Shown here: positions 1 to 9,780 of the stretch, piece by piece
Position numbering within the stretch: position 1 is the first letter of the stretch
How the letters are laid out: the number at the start of each line of letters is the position of its first letter
Assembly (NCBI GenBank): GCA_041678625.1
Contig: JBAYNS010000001.1
Coordinates: forward strand, 1-41,616
Direction of reading: 5' to 3'
Source: Candidatus Peribacteraceae bacterium
GTDB taxonomy: Bacteria > Patescibacteriota > Gracilibacteria > Peribacterales > Peribacteraceae
DNA: 41,616 bases
Made by a program: the position numbers and the translations under genes
Notes under the pieces: generated by a model
What the model was told of the DNA's origin: nothing
The model's database searches: none
The model's input: the letters and a program-made list of their open reading frames with translations, nothing else

Positions 1-1077
1 GATGTGCTGTAGAGAGATAGCGCCTTTGCGGATCCTGAGCGGTTGTGGTGATCGTGGATCCTGCACTTCTAGCGGCGTGCGCAGAATGGCAACCATTTCC
101 TCCGCTTCAGAGAGCGACTGGAATGTATCGCTAATTGCTCGTCCGATATTCCAGGTTTTACCGATAACCATGGCGAAGTACGATTGAACAAGTACCACTG
201 TGCCCACAGTGATCGTACCGTCGCGCCACAGGCGTAGCGTGATATACATTCCGATGATTTCCAGCAGAGCAACCATGATACCCTGCATGGCGTGGAATAC
301 GTTGCTTAATTGCCAAGCGGTAGTACGAGCGCGATATTCCTTTTGCGTACAGTTGGCAAAACGCCGCATCTCCCGCCTGCCAGATGTGAACATCTTCACA
401 TTCAAAATGTTTGTAATGATGTCTGCAATCTGGCCTGTAACTGCAGAATCTGCTTTTGCGGTCTTCAGATCAAAGGGTAAGCGGAAGCGTGCAAATACGT
501 AACTTACGGCAATGTAGAACATGGACCATGCCGTAAAGAAAAGCGCGAGCCCCGGCATGATGACCAAGAGCACGACAATGACTCCCAGCAGCTGAATTCC
601 CGTGAACCAAAAGTCAAAGACCATATGATCGTATAATCGTTCAAAGCTGCGGGAGAAGCGTTTAATTTTGGCGACCAGCCCTCCTGTGAAGTTGCCGATG
701 AAGAAGTTGTACGAATGCCTGTGCAACTTCTCCATTGCGTAGTTCTGCAACTCGCGCATGGTATTTGCCTCCGCGTGGACGATCAGGAAATCCGCAATGC
801 GGAAACAGATGTTATATATGACCATCACGATGACCATACTCAGAAAGATGTGCAATACGGCGGGCCAGAGCTCAGTACGTTCCACTGTCGACGCAATCAG
901 ATCGAAAATATCTCTGTAGTACAGCTTGATCACAATGTCGCTCAGCACAGTGCCGGTTCCGTAGAAAACCAAAAGCAAGATACTACTCAAGGCGTAACGC
1001 TTGGTGATACGCAGATACGTTCCCAGAATTGCCCTCAGGGGCACATTGCCGGTTGCTTGACGATTAATTAAAACCAT
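1..1077 (-). CDS. ABC exporter, MsbA/ABCB-like fused permease-ATPase; N-terminal transmembrane domain only, 3' end runs off the window
   Basis: Not in the ORF track because no stop lies in the window. Hand translation of the minus strand from ATG (complement of 1075-1077) gives MVLINRQATGNVPLRAILGTYLRITKRY... and stays open to position 1, ending ...DPRSPQPLRIRKGAISLQHI. That ending is the typical transition into an ABC ATPase domain. There are several hydrophobic segments and an ABC_membrane-like GGLVAKIKRFSRS motif. Confidence 0.8.
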   Translation of the reverse strand, partial: MVLINRQATGNVPLRAILGTYLRITKRYALSSILLLVFYGTGTVLSDIVIKLYYRDIFDLIASTVERTELWPAVLHIFLSMVIVMVIYNICFRIADFLIVHAEANTMRELQNYAMEKLHRHSYNFFIGNFTGGLVAKIKRFSRSFERLYDHMVFDFWFTGIQLLGVIVVLLVIMPGLALFFTAWSMFYIAVSYVFARFRLPFDLKTAKADSAVTGQIADIITNILNVKMFTSGRREMRRFANCTQKEYRARTTAWQLSNVFHAMQGIMVALLEIIGMYITLRLWRDGTITVGTVVLVQSYFAMVIGKTWNIGRAISDTFQSLSEAEEMVAILRTPLEVQDPRSPQPLRIRKGAISLQHI

Positions 1078-1275
1078 TGAATAACAATTCTACGTGCCTA
1101 TTCTGTATTTGTCCATGATATGGCACATTTGCTCACTGTTCTGCCTATAGAACGTTTGTAGCGTCTAGGCGTTACTTGTTTTCCCTATATTTTCGCGTCT
1201 CTTTAGTTGTTGTATTGAAACTTTTTCAATCATACGTTGTGTTTAGAAGAAACTTGATTCTCTTCTTTCTTTCCC

Positions 1276-1686
1276 ATGCGTCGCATACATCCTCGTTCCT
1301 TTGCAGTCGGCCTCGTTTCGGGGCTAATCGTATTCCTATTGGTTTTTGGTATTCGTGCACTTGTTTCCTCGCCTTCGGCTACGCAGAACACTGTGGATTC
1401 TCTGCGCTTTCAACAGCAAGGAAGTCCAACAACGCCTACAGGAGAACAGATGGATCCGGCACAACGTCTGGAACGCATGGCGGAACGCTTTGGTATGACC
1501 GCAGAGGAATTACAGCAGGAACTCGACGCAGGAAAGGCCATTCAGGATATTGCTGAAGAGCATGGTGTTGAGATGCGCGGGTTCCCGCCACAGGGGAGTG
1601 GCAGCATGCTCGAGCCTCCTCGTGATGGATCGGGAGCAGATCTTGCACAACCGAATGCTGACGCTGCCGCTGTTTCTTCTTATTAA
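1276..1686 (+). CDS. small membrane-anchored protein with one copy of a ~30-aa 'EEL..EL..GK...DIA.EHGV' motif
   Basis: The ORF has an N-terminal hydrophobic helix (FAVGLVSGLIVFLLVFGIRALV) and the motif MAERFGMTAEELQQELDAGKAIQDIAEEHGVEM. It is a paralog of the next ORF. Confidence 0.6.
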   Translation: MRRIHPRSFAVGLVSGLIVFLLVFGIRALVSSPSATQNTVDSLRFQQQGSPTTPTGEQMDPAQRLERMAERFGMTAEELQQELDAGKAIQDIAEEHGVEMRGFPPQGSGSMLEPPRDGSGADLAQPNADAAAVSSY

Positions 1687-1690
1687 TACT

Positions 1691-2149
1691 ATGGATGCAT
1701 TGCACACTCCTTCATTTCTCATTGGTCTGGTCACTTCTATTTGTATTTTTGTGGTCTTCTTTGGTGCATTGCGCTTGGAGCACATGCGTTACCGGAACGC
1801 TGCACCAGGGCAGAATATTGAGCAACAAGCGCACCCGCGGGACATTGCCGAGCAATTAGGATTATCCCCCGAAGAATTGCGTTTTGAGCTTTCTCATGGC
1901 AAATCCATGATGGATATTGCCCGTGAACGCGGAGTGGAATTGCGTCTTCCCCCCCGATGGGTTGATGACGAAGGTCGCCAGGAATTTCTGCGTCGTATGG
2001 CTGAACGTATCGGTATTTCCGAAGAGGAATTGCGCGGAGAACTTTCCACCGGAAAACGATTACTCGATGTTGCTGCAGAACACGATGTTTCTCTTGATTT
2101 ACCTGCTACTTCTGGTCATGGTGATCCTCCTCAAGACCTCCTTCCATGA
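1691..2149 (+). CDS. small membrane-anchored protein with two copies of the same ~30-aa motif
   Basis: Internal ATG at 1691 (MDALHTPSFLIGLVTSICIFVVFFGAL) is chosen because the longer ORF start at 1550 overlaps the previous gene. Motifs are IAEQLGLSPEELRFELSHGKSMMDIARERGVEL and MAERIGISEEELRGELSTGKRLLDVAAEHDVSL. The stop overlaps the next start (ATGA). Confidence 0.6.
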   Translation: MDALHTPSFLIGLVTSICIFVVFFGALRLEHMRYRNAAPGQNIEQQAHPRDIAEQLGLSPEELRFELSHGKSMMDIARERGVELRLPPRWVDDEGRQEFLRRMAERIGISEEELRGELSTGKRLLDVAAEHDVSLDLPATSGHGDPPQDLLP

Positions 2150-4098
2150 ATATTCCCATGCTCAACATGACTTCTCTTACTCAGCGGCTGCGCACACTTG
2201 CTTCTTTGCGGTTACTGCATGGTTTACAGTGGGGGAGTGTTCTCCTCGGCTGTGTCGCTGTCTGGGTACTTGGGGGTGGGTATCTGCTGCTCACTGGAGA
2301 TGATGCTGCATCGCAAACCATCACGGGTGAAATTGTTACCGTTGGACGCAGTAATATCGTCCTTTCCATTAAAGCACTTGGCACGGTGACGCTCGCCAAC
2401 GAACAGCAATTGCTGTTCAACCAGCTGGGCAAAGTAGCAGCTGTACATGTTGAGGAAGGAGATGAGGTAAAGAGAGACGATCTCATTGCGGAACTCGATA
2501 AATCCGATCCGCTGGCGGATGTTCGGCAGGCGCAACTGGCAGTGGGTGATGCGTGGCTTAAGCTCCAGGATCTGCAAGCATCACGTGACCAGCAAATACT
2601 CTCTGCACAGAATTCCGTTCGTGATGTTGAGCGACAACTGGAGGAAAATTATGGCGATCTTCCTTCACAGGAAAAACAAGTGGAATATGCCATTGAACAG
2701 GCGCGCAGAACGGTGCAAGAAAAAGAGTCCGCACTGCAACAGTCCAAGCACACTCTGGCTGCCAGTATTGAAGATGCGCTGACTGATGCCGATAATTTGC
2801 TCGATGATCTCTTTGGTGTACTGAGCGGTGACCGTGTGCGCGGCGCCACACGATACAAGACATTCCAGATAGATTTCCTCTTCACAGATTACAATCTGAA
2901 GAACCAGACGGAGTTCGCGTACTACGATGCCACGAATGCATACGATGATCTCTATGACAAATACGGATCGTCCATTGGAACGATTACCGACACGAGTACG
3001 CTCTCCTCTGTTCTTTCTTCTGCTATTACCATGGCGGAACAGATCGTGGATCTGGCGGATGTTTCCTATCAATTCCTACAGACAGCGGTTCCTTCCGATG
3101 ATTACACCGATGCGGATATCAACACGCTCAAATCTACGGTGAATACCTCGCGTTCCGCGGCGGTTTCCCTCCTTGGTACACTGCGCACTCAACAGGCTAC
3201 GCTCACTACACCGAGCCAGAATACTGCTCAGCAGGCACTGGATAAGGCAAAAGAGGATTTGGCGCTTCTGGAGTCACAACTGGCCAACGGTACAACGACA
3301 GCCGATAGTGCGGAACGGACGATTGCCAATCTTAATGACAATTTGCGTATACAGCAGGCGCAGCTTACACAGACCACTACCAGTGTGGATGTGCAAATCA
3401 ACCAGCAAAAGAATCTCATTGCGCAGAAGAACGTCGCTCTAGAGAAGGCGCAACGTGCGCTGGAGAAATACGAACTGCGTGCACCATTCGACGGAATTAT
3501 TCGCCGCATTGATTTTCAGGTTGGCGACAACCTTCTGGCAGATGCGAGCGAGTCCAAATATGTTGTTATCGAAAACCCCGATCATCTGATTGTTACCGTT
3601 CAGCTGGATCAGGTTGATGTGGTGAATGTGAAAGAAGGCCAAAGAGCATTTATCACTTTCGATGCGTTGCCTGATAAGCAGTTTGAAGGGCAGATCGATA
3701 TCATCGATACAACGCCCATCGAATCGTCCGGTGTTGTATCTTATGCCGTCAAAATCGATCTGGAACCAACGGGGGATACGATTCTTTCCGGGATGACTGC
3801 CAAGGTAGAAATCCAAACTGCTTCTGTTAGCAATGCTCTGGTGGTTCCCAATCTTGCACTGCGAACAACGGGGAATCGCACGTTTGTGACTGATGAGAAC
3901 GAGCAGCAAATTCTCATTGAAACGGGTATTACCGATGGTTCGTATACCGAAGTGCTTTCTGGCCTGGAGGAAGGTGCTCGCATTCAGTCAGTTATGGTCA
4001 ATCTCTCTTCTGATAATGCAACGTCTTCTCAGCAGGGAATGGATGGTCCTCCCGGAGGAGCGATGGGTGGCGTTATGCGTATAAGTGGCGGTCATTGA
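2146..4098 (+). CDS. HlyD/MacA-family membrane-fusion (periplasmic adaptor) protein with very long coiled-coil insert
   Basis: There is an N-terminal TM helix and a biotinyl-lipoyl-like segment (VEEGDEVKRDDLIAELD). About 330 aa of heptad-like Q/L/A-rich sequence follow, then the lipoyl return RAPFDGIIRRIDFQVGDNL and a beta-barrel segment. It sits directly upstream of the MacB-type ATPase and permease. Confidence 0.85.
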   Translation: MNIPMLNMTSLTQRLRTLASLRLLHGLQWGSVLLGCVAVWVLGGGYLLLTGDDAASQTITGEIVTVGRSNIVLSIKALGTVTLANEQQLLFNQLGKVAAVHVEEGDEVKRDDLIAELDKSDPLADVRQAQLAVGDAWLKLQDLQASRDQQILSAQNSVRDVERQLEENYGDLPSQEKQVEYAIEQARRTVQEKESALQQSKHTLAASIEDALTDADNLLDDLFGVLSGDRVRGATRYKTFQIDFLFTDYNLKNQTEFAYYDATNAYDDLYDKYGSSIGTITDTSTLSSVLSSAITMAEQIVDLADVSYQFLQTAVPSDDYTDADINTLKSTVNTSRSAAVSLLGTLRTQQATLTTPSQNTAQQALDKAKEDLALLESQLANGTTTADSAERTIANLNDNLRIQQAQLTQTTTSVDVQINQQKNLIAQKNVALEKAQRALEKYELRAPFDGIIRRIDFQVGDNLLADASESKYVVIENPDHLIVTVQLDQVDVVNVKEGQRAFITFDALPDKQFEGQIDIIDTTPIESSGVVSYAVKIDLEPTGDTILSGMTAKVEIQTASVSNALVVPNLALRTTGNRTFVTDENEQQILIETGITDGSYTEVLSGLEEGARIQSVMVNLSSDNATSSQQGMDGPPGGAMGGVMRISGGH

Positions 4099-4121
4099 TA
4101 AATCTCTTTTTCTCGATTTGC

Positions 4122-4787
4122 ATGATTGAACTTCAAGACATCGTTAAAACCTACACTCTTGGTACGCAAGCACTAACGGTAGTTAACGGTATTTCTCTGA
4201 CAATTTCCGAAGGAGAGTTTGTGGCTATTATGGGTCCTTCGGGCTCCGGTAAATCTACTCTTATGAACATTATTGGCTTACTCGATACGCCGACAACGGG
4301 CGTCTATCGTCTGGAAGATGTTGAAGTGAGTAATCTCTCAGAGAGTGAACAGGCAGACGTGCGCAGCCGACGCATCGGGTTCGTCTTTCAGGCATTCAAT
4401 CTGCTACCTCGTATGCACGCGCTGCGGCAGGTTATGCAGCCGCTTTTGTATCAGGGTGTGCACCGTTCCGATGCTACGCACCGCGCCGAACAGGCGCTCC
4501 ACGCGGTTGGATTGGCGGATCGCATGCACCATCTGCCCAACGAACTTTCCGGCGGCCAGAAACAGCGCGTGGCCATCGCCCGCGCACTCGTAACGAATCC
4601 GGCGATTCTTCTTGCGGATGAACCAACGGGCGCTCTGGATTCGCACACCAGCGAGGAAATTATGGCGCTTCTGGAGAAACTCAACCGCGATGGCGTCACC
4701 ATCGTGATGGTGACGCATGAGCCGCACATTGCGGATCATGCAAAGCGCGCAATTCATATTCTTGACGGTCTTATCTCTCAACAGTAA
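4122..4787 (+). CDS. ABC transporter ATP-binding protein, MacB/LolD family
   Basis: Walker [10 protein letters not shown], signature [15 protein letters not shown], Walker [13 protein letters not shown] and H-loop VTHE are all present. ATG at 4122 ([11 protein letters not shown]) is preferred over TTG at 4095. Confidence 0.92.
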   Translation: MIELQDIVKTYTLGTQALTVVNGISLTISEGEFVAIMGPSGSGKSTLMNIIGLLDTPTTGVYRLEDVEVSNLSESEQADVRSRRIGFVFQAFNLLPRMHALRQVMQPLLYQGVHRSDATHRAEQALHAVGLADRMHHLPNELSGGQKQRVAIARALVTNPAILLADEPTGALDSHTSEEIMALLEKLNRDGVTIVMVTHEPHIADHAKRAIHILDGLISQQ

Positions 4788-6025
4788 TGCACACGCCCAT
4801 CATCTACTTCATCGAAAACCTCCGCAGCGCCTTAGACGCTATTCGGAGCAACAAGCTGCGTTCGGGCCTTACGATGCTCGGTGTCATCATCGGTGTTTTC
4901 TCTGTGGTGCTCATGGTGGCCATCGGGCGTGGTGCGCAGCAGGAAGTCACCAGTCGAATCGAGAGCATGGGAACGAACCTGCTGATCGTCCAACCAGGCA
5001 GTCCCACGCAGAGCGATGTCCGCTCGCTCTTCCGCCGTTCCGGAGGCAGTACATCCACGCTGACCACGGATGATGCTACTGTCATTGAAGAGCAGGTGAA
5101 TGGACTGGTGGGAGTTTCACCGGAATCACAGTCGAACATGCAGGTTATCGTCGGGAATCAGAACATGTCTACCGCTGTCGTAGGCGTCACACCCGCCTAC
5201 TCTACGGTGAGTAATTTTCACGTTGCATACGGCAGTTTTATTACCGATGCACATCTGCATACTATGGAAAAAGTTGTTGTGTTGGGGCGGTCTGTGGTTG
5301 ATACGCTCTACGGCAATCAGAATCCCATTGGGCAGGATATCCGTCTGCAGAATTATATTTTCACCATTATCGGTGTGATGGAAGAGAAGGGGCAGCAGGG
5401 GATGACCAATTACGATGAGATGGCATTTATACCGCTTACGACCATGCAACAGCGTGTGCAAGGTACGGATACAGTCAGCGTCATCAATATTTCCGTGAAC
5501 GACGGTACAACTATGGATTCCAAAAAAGCGCTCATTGAAGCAGTGTTGCTCAATGAGCACCGCAAAAAGGCTGAAGATCAGGACTTCAATGTTCTCAATC
5601 AGGCGGAAATGGTGGAAACGCTCAATGAAGTTACACAGACGTTCACTTTTCTTCTGGGAGGCATTGCGGCGATTTCACTCCTGGTCGGCGGTATCGGTGT
5701 GATGAATATTATGCTCGTCTCCGTCACGGAACGGACGCGGGAAATCGGTATTCGCAAAGCCATCGGTGCCAAGAATCTGGATATCCTTCAGCAGTTTCTG
5801 GTGGAATCCGTTGTCCTGAGCGTCATGGGCGGTGTGATAGGCATCATTCTCAGTCTTATTGGGGCATGGATTGTCACGCGCTACCTCGGTACCACTGCGC
5901 TCATTTCTGTTACCTCTATTGTGCTCGCTGTTTCCTTCTCCATTATTGTTGGTATCTCCTTTGGCATCCTTCCGGCATACAAAGCAGCTCGGCTCAAGCC
6001 GATTGATGCGTTGCGGTATGAATGA
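4787..6025 (+). CDS. ABC transporter permease, MacB/FtsX family
   Basis: The layout is an N-terminal TM helix, a large extracytoplasmic domain, and a C-terminal FtsX-type 3-TM module (GGIGVMNIMLVSVTERTREIGIRKAIGAKNLDIL). The start overlaps the previous stop (TAATG). Confidence 0.9.
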   Translation: MHTPIIYFIENLRSALDAIRSNKLRSGLTMLGVIIGVFSVVLMVAIGRGAQQEVTSRIESMGTNLLIVQPGSPTQSDVRSLFRRSGGSTSTLTTDDATVIEEQVNGLVGVSPESQSNMQVIVGNQNMSTAVVGVTPAYSTVSNFHVAYGSFITDAHLHTMEKVVVLGRSVVDTLYGNQNPIGQDIRLQNYIFTIIGVMEEKGQQGMTNYDEMAFIPLTTMQQRVQGTDTVSVINISVNDGTTMDSKKALIEAVLLNEHRKKAEDQDFNVLNQAEMVETLNEVTQTFTFLLGGIAAISLLVGGIGVMNIMLVSVTERTREIGIRKAIGAKNLDILQQFLVESVVLSVMGGVIGIILSLIGAWIVTRYLGTTALISVTSIVLAVSFSIIVGISFGILPAYKAARLKPIDALRYE

Positions 6026-6154
6026 TAATACACAGAAAGATTTTTTGGTGATTCTTACGCGAAAAGCGTTGCGATTGGTTACTTGAAGCATATTTGGCTT
6101 ATGTATTCTTGCCATGAAAATCTCGTGATAATGCTAAGAGAAGTCCGGAAACTC

Positions 6155-6163
6155 TGCTATACT
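6155..6163 (+). promoter_or_regulatory. candidate extended -10 promoter (TGCTATACT) for the cold-shock gene
   Basis: TGnTATAMT motif about 90 nt upstream of the csp ATG. Long 5' UTRs are typical of csp genes. Confidence 0.35.
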
Positions 6164-6254
6164 CAGTGTCGTAAGCTTAGTTTTGAGAGTAAGAAGTAGA
6201 GATGCTTCTCTTAGAGTTTAAGATTACATTTCTACTTTTTTTCATCCTTATTTT

Positions 6255-6449
6255 ATGGATACAGGTTCTATCAAGAAGCTTTTGAACGGCTTCGGCTTTA
6301 TTTCCCGCGAAGGAAGTGAAGATCTTTTCTTCCACTCAGCGGATTTGGTGGGTGTGTCTTTCGACTCTCTTCAGGAGGGCGATACAGTACAGTTCGAAGT
6401 CGGCAGCGGCCCTAAGGGTCCCAAGGCCGAGAAGGTTTCCAAGGCGTAA
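6255..6449 (+). CDS. csp: cold-shock domain protein (CspA family)
   Basis: 64 aa with RNP1-like NGFGFI and RNP2-like LFFHSA, and a typical CSD length. Confidence 0.92.
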   Translation: MDTGSIKKLLNGFGFISREGSEDLFFHSADLVGVSFDSLQEGDTVQFEVGSGPKGPKAEKVSKA

Positions 6450-6462
6450 TTCTTTGCAAACC

Positions 6463-6499
6463 AAAAAAACACACGATGCGAAAGCTCGTGTGTTTTTTT
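6463..6499. terminator. rho-independent terminator, A-tract/T-tract flanked (potentially bidirectional)
   Basis: AAAAAAACACACGA-tgcgaaagc-TCGTGTGTTTTTTT lies immediately after the csp stop. Confidence 0.8.
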
Positions 6500-6630
6500 A
6501 AAGTGGCCTGCCTACAAGCCTTTGCTAAAGCTACGGTTTGCAGGCCGAAGTTGCAGGAATTCGTTGAAAGGCTAACCTGCTGTGCAGGTTGGAGCACGTA
6601 CCTGAACGTTATTACAGCTATATATACCTC

Positions 6631-7359
6631 CTAAGAATCAAGATTTCTACTTATTTTACCACGCAATGCTGCTCGTCCTAGTTCGACTCCATCTCCTGTT
6701 CCTTTTCCAGACAAGTCTATAAAGCTTGAAAGGAAAGTGAACTTGGATGGCAGTCCAAGCTGCTCTGGAAGATGAGGGTCAAGTTCCTTGGCAATCCTAA
6801 GAAGCATTGGTGCAGGATGTGCTTGTAGTTGTTCAAAGAAATCTCTGGAACATTCGGTTGGTACAGTGATAGACATATAGATAGGTGGATGTCGTCCAAC
6901 ATGATCAGTTCTTGTAGTCCCAATAGTAATCAACATGACAGAGAATCCATCTGGCATGTGAGTCATGAGTACTTTCGTATGTGGAGTCTTAGAATGCTCT
7001 TCATCAGAGAAAGCTTTAGACCGAAGTAAATCAATTGACTCGACAGCTAAACCTTCTCCACACTGCTTAGCTCCCTCTGTTAAAAGATCAGAGTAATCAA
7101 CATGATCGGAGAATTGTCTGGTTCCAGATTCACCCCACCATTTCCCATCCATTTTATCTCCAGGTATAAACCTTTTTAGGATGGATACGCAACCAACATC
7201 ATTTGGATTTACAGTAACATCACATTTTTCTTCTGAAGAAGCATCTCTCTTTTGCATATTTTTTATTATAATTTGCTGTTTGTCAGCAGCAAATCTCAAT
7301 CCAACGAGATTTCGTTTCCATTGTTCACCCAAACCATGATTATTTTGTATCTCATTCAT
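6631..7359 (-). CDS. hypothetical protein (orphan, AT-richer cassette)
   Basis: 242-aa ORF in which I recognise no motif. The 5' half is visibly AT-rich: a hand count of 7201-7260 gives 18/60 G+C. Confidence 0.5.
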   Translation of the reverse strand: MNEIQNNHGLGEQWKRNLVGLRFAADKQQIIIKNMQKRDASSEEKCDVTVNPNDVGCVSILKRFIPGDKMDGKWWGESGTRQFSDHVDYSDLLTEGAKQCGEGLAVESIDLLRSKAFSDEEHSKTPHTKVLMTHMPDGFSVMLITIGTTRTDHVGRHPPIYMSITVPTECSRDFFEQLQAHPAPMLLRIAKELDPHLPEQLGLPSKFTFLSSFIDLSGKGTGDGVELGRAALRGKISRNLDS

Positions 7360-7781
7360 CTTATTATTATAGCATTTTTAATGCTCTATTAGTAGTGACT
7401 CAGTTAGCTAGAAGTTTCTGTCTATCAGTTATATTTCCGCTCAGAAGTGCCATAAAAAATGGCTTCCACAGTCTAAAAATTGGAGCGGGTGGCTCCCGCC
7501 CGAACGTATGTTTGGTATGGACTGGCCACCGTAGTGGGTGTTGCTAGGCATTCGATAAAATCATACTAAAGAGTTTGTGTCCATATCAAACTATATTATC
7601 AATTCATGTATTGTTGGCGCTGTCTTTAGTCTATAGATGATTTCCGCCATCTTGCCACGGGTAATACTCTCCAGACTGTCGACAGAGCTAGGCAAAGTAT
7701 TTCTTCAAACTGTTAGCTACTGAACATAGCGCCGAGGAAGAAGAAGGAGAGGGAGAAAGAAGACAAGAATAAATAGCCCGA

Positions 7782-9521
7782 TCAACGGAAATAGACATTA
7801 AGGTCTTCCAGCGGGAGATACGGTTTTGCGCAGTCCGGCGGGTCTGCGTAGAACGCAGGGACCAGTGAGACGTAGTGCCAATACGGAATGGCGTGCGTAG
7901 GAACCACGATCACGCGCGCCTCATCGGCAATGTTCTGGAAGGTTTCTTGGAACAGCTGATGGTCTTCACCCAAGTACTTGTGGTCGCTCGGGTTGAATAC
8001 CGGACCGATGGGGGAGTGCGTGGCGAACGCCAGCTTGAGAATCGCATCCATCGCCGCGTAACGTTCGAACCCGCAGTCATCGAGCATCCCGTCGAATCGG
8101 CGTACAACATCGGCGTTTCGATTTACTCCGTACAGAAGTTGTCTGTGAATGTACTCTTGGTTCCAGTGTGGATGATAGAGAAGGACGGTCAGCGCGGCCA
8201 GCACGCCGAGAATGCCGCCGAATACCATGAATTTTTCTGTTGCAGCATACCGGAGGAAAACGAGCACGAGCGCGAAATACAGGGGGACAGTGAACGCCCA
8301 ATACAGATCGCGCATGCCTCCTATTTCCACAATGAGACAGAGAGGCAGCAAAGCGAACATGGCGATCAGCGTATGCGCCGCAAAGTTCCGTTTGTGTTGG
8401 AGATAGAGAACAAACGCAAGCCAGCTGGTAAAGGCAAAGTACTGCGCGATCTTTAGGCTAATGAACGAAGCGAAGTCATCCAGATTCACCTGTTGCGCAA
8501 CTTGGAAAAAGGTGAGGAGTTTCCATGTGAGGTGTAGGAAGAAATATCCCGTCACGGAACCGCAAACGATAAGAAACAAACCGAGGAGATCGCTCCTGCG
8601 TTCTTTCCAAAGCGGAAAGAATATCCACAGTACGATCATTATCAATCCGAATCCCCAAGCATCATAGGCGGTCATGTTGTTGTAGATTACTTTTCGCACG
8701 GAGAAGATTCTCACGTACCAAGGTGCAAACGGATCATTTGAGAGGCGATCCTGAAGCATTGCAGGGAGATACAGTGTGAAATATCCCTTCGCAAATCCAA
8801 GAACCACAAGGCTGCAAAGTCCGATGATTATTGCAAGAAGAAGGGGGAGGACAAAGGCGCGCCAGAATTCCTTTCGGTCCCGTACGATCAAAAGGGTACC
8901 TGCCACAGTCGCAAATACGAACGGTTCCTTCATACCAATTGCGCCCGCAAGAAGTACCGCCCGCAGGAGTGTTGACCGCCATGCGGTGGACGGCGTCCAT
9001 GCCACGTGTAGCAGGTAGAGGCATGCGAAGAACGCGCCAAATACCTCTGTTTGCACTGCTACGGTCCATCTTTGCAGGAAGAGTGACAGAGAGATGCCGA
9101 TGAGGAAAGCTGTGCCGGAAAGCCAGAAGAGTGCAATGCGAGACTGTTCGGTTCTGTGTTGCCGGACGGCATAGATCGTGAGCAGAATGGGGAGCAAGAC
9201 GAGCACGATAATATTCAGAACCGTTACAAGCCACGGTCCTCTCGTCACTACCAAGGACAACGCAGTCAGCAAAAACATGCCCGGCGGTTTCGATTCAAAA
9301 AGATCAACATATGGTGTGAGACCGTTGAGGATTCCTCTGCCCATGATGAAATACGCCGGGGTGTCTGCATCCACGATACCCGTCGCGATCAAAGAAGAAA
9401 CACGCCAGAGGTCATACATGCCCTTTGCGATGGCCAGGATGCCGAAGAAGATGATCACTAAGAGGGCAGTGCGCCGCACTTTATATACAATCGTTCCAGC
9501 GTGAATGTTTATCTGAGACAT
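7782..9521 (-). CDS. GT-C fold glycosyltransferase (ArnT/PMT family 39/83-like) polytopic membrane protein
   Basis: At least 10 hydrophobic helices. The first loop carries DADTPAYF...ESKPPGMFLL, which resembles the GT-C DxD/PP signature. There is a C-terminal soluble domain of about 150 aa. Start at internal ATG 9521 (MSQINIHAG...); an alternative ATG lies at 9620. Confidence 0.6.
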   Translation of the reverse strand: MSQINIHAGTIVYKVRRTALLVIIFFGILAIAKGMYDLWRVSSLIATGIVDADTPAYFIMGRGILNGLTPYVDLFESKPPGMFLLTALSLVVTRGPWLVTVLNIIVLVLLPILLTIYAVRQHRTEQSRIALFWLSGTAFLIGISLSLFLQRWTVAVQTEVFGAFFACLYLLHVAWTPSTAWRSTLLRAVLLAGAIGMKEPFVFATVAGTLLIVRDRKEFWRAFVLPLLLAIIIGLCSLVVLGFAKGYFTLYLPAMLQDRLSNDPFAPWYVRIFSVRKVIYNNMTAYDAWGFGLIMIVLWIFFPLWKERRSDLLGLFLIVCGSVTGYFFLHLTWKLLTFFQVAQQVNLDDFASFISLKIAQYFAFTSWLAFVLYLQHKRNFAAHTLIAMFALLPLCLIVEIGGMRDLYWAFTVPLYFALVLVFLRYAATEKFMVFGGILGVLAALTVLLYHPHWNQEYIHRQLLYGVNRNADVVRRFDGMLDDCGFERYAAMDAILKLAFATHSPIGPVFNPSDHKYLGEDHQLFQETFQNIADEARVIVVPTHAIPYWHYVSLVPAFYADPPDCAKPYLPLEDLNVYFR

Positions 9522-9780
9522 ATGTATGCAAACCGGAACGAGTACAAATCTGTGTCTTGAAGGAAGAACTTCTTCAGCCGGATAGCAGTAGCCAAAATTA
9601 TCGTTTTTCTCATAATGCAAAACATAGTAGCTTCTACGAAGAGTTTCTGTCTATGACAATGTTCCCTGGGAATTGTATATATTGTCCTCTTCGGTTTGCC
9701 GGGAACAGAGCCTGAGGGGCATACACGGAAAAATGGCCTGCTTCAGATCGCTGGAGAAATGGAAGCATCGTATTTTCTTG

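Noticed and set aside
7412-9655. A shared 12-mer, GTTTCTGTCTAT, upstream of ORFs 6631-7359 and 7782-9620 (at 7412-7428 and 9641-9655), as a possible common operator.
   Set aside because: In about 41.6 kb on both strands, on the order of 100 identical 12-mer pairs are expected by chance. There is no palindromy or further conservation.
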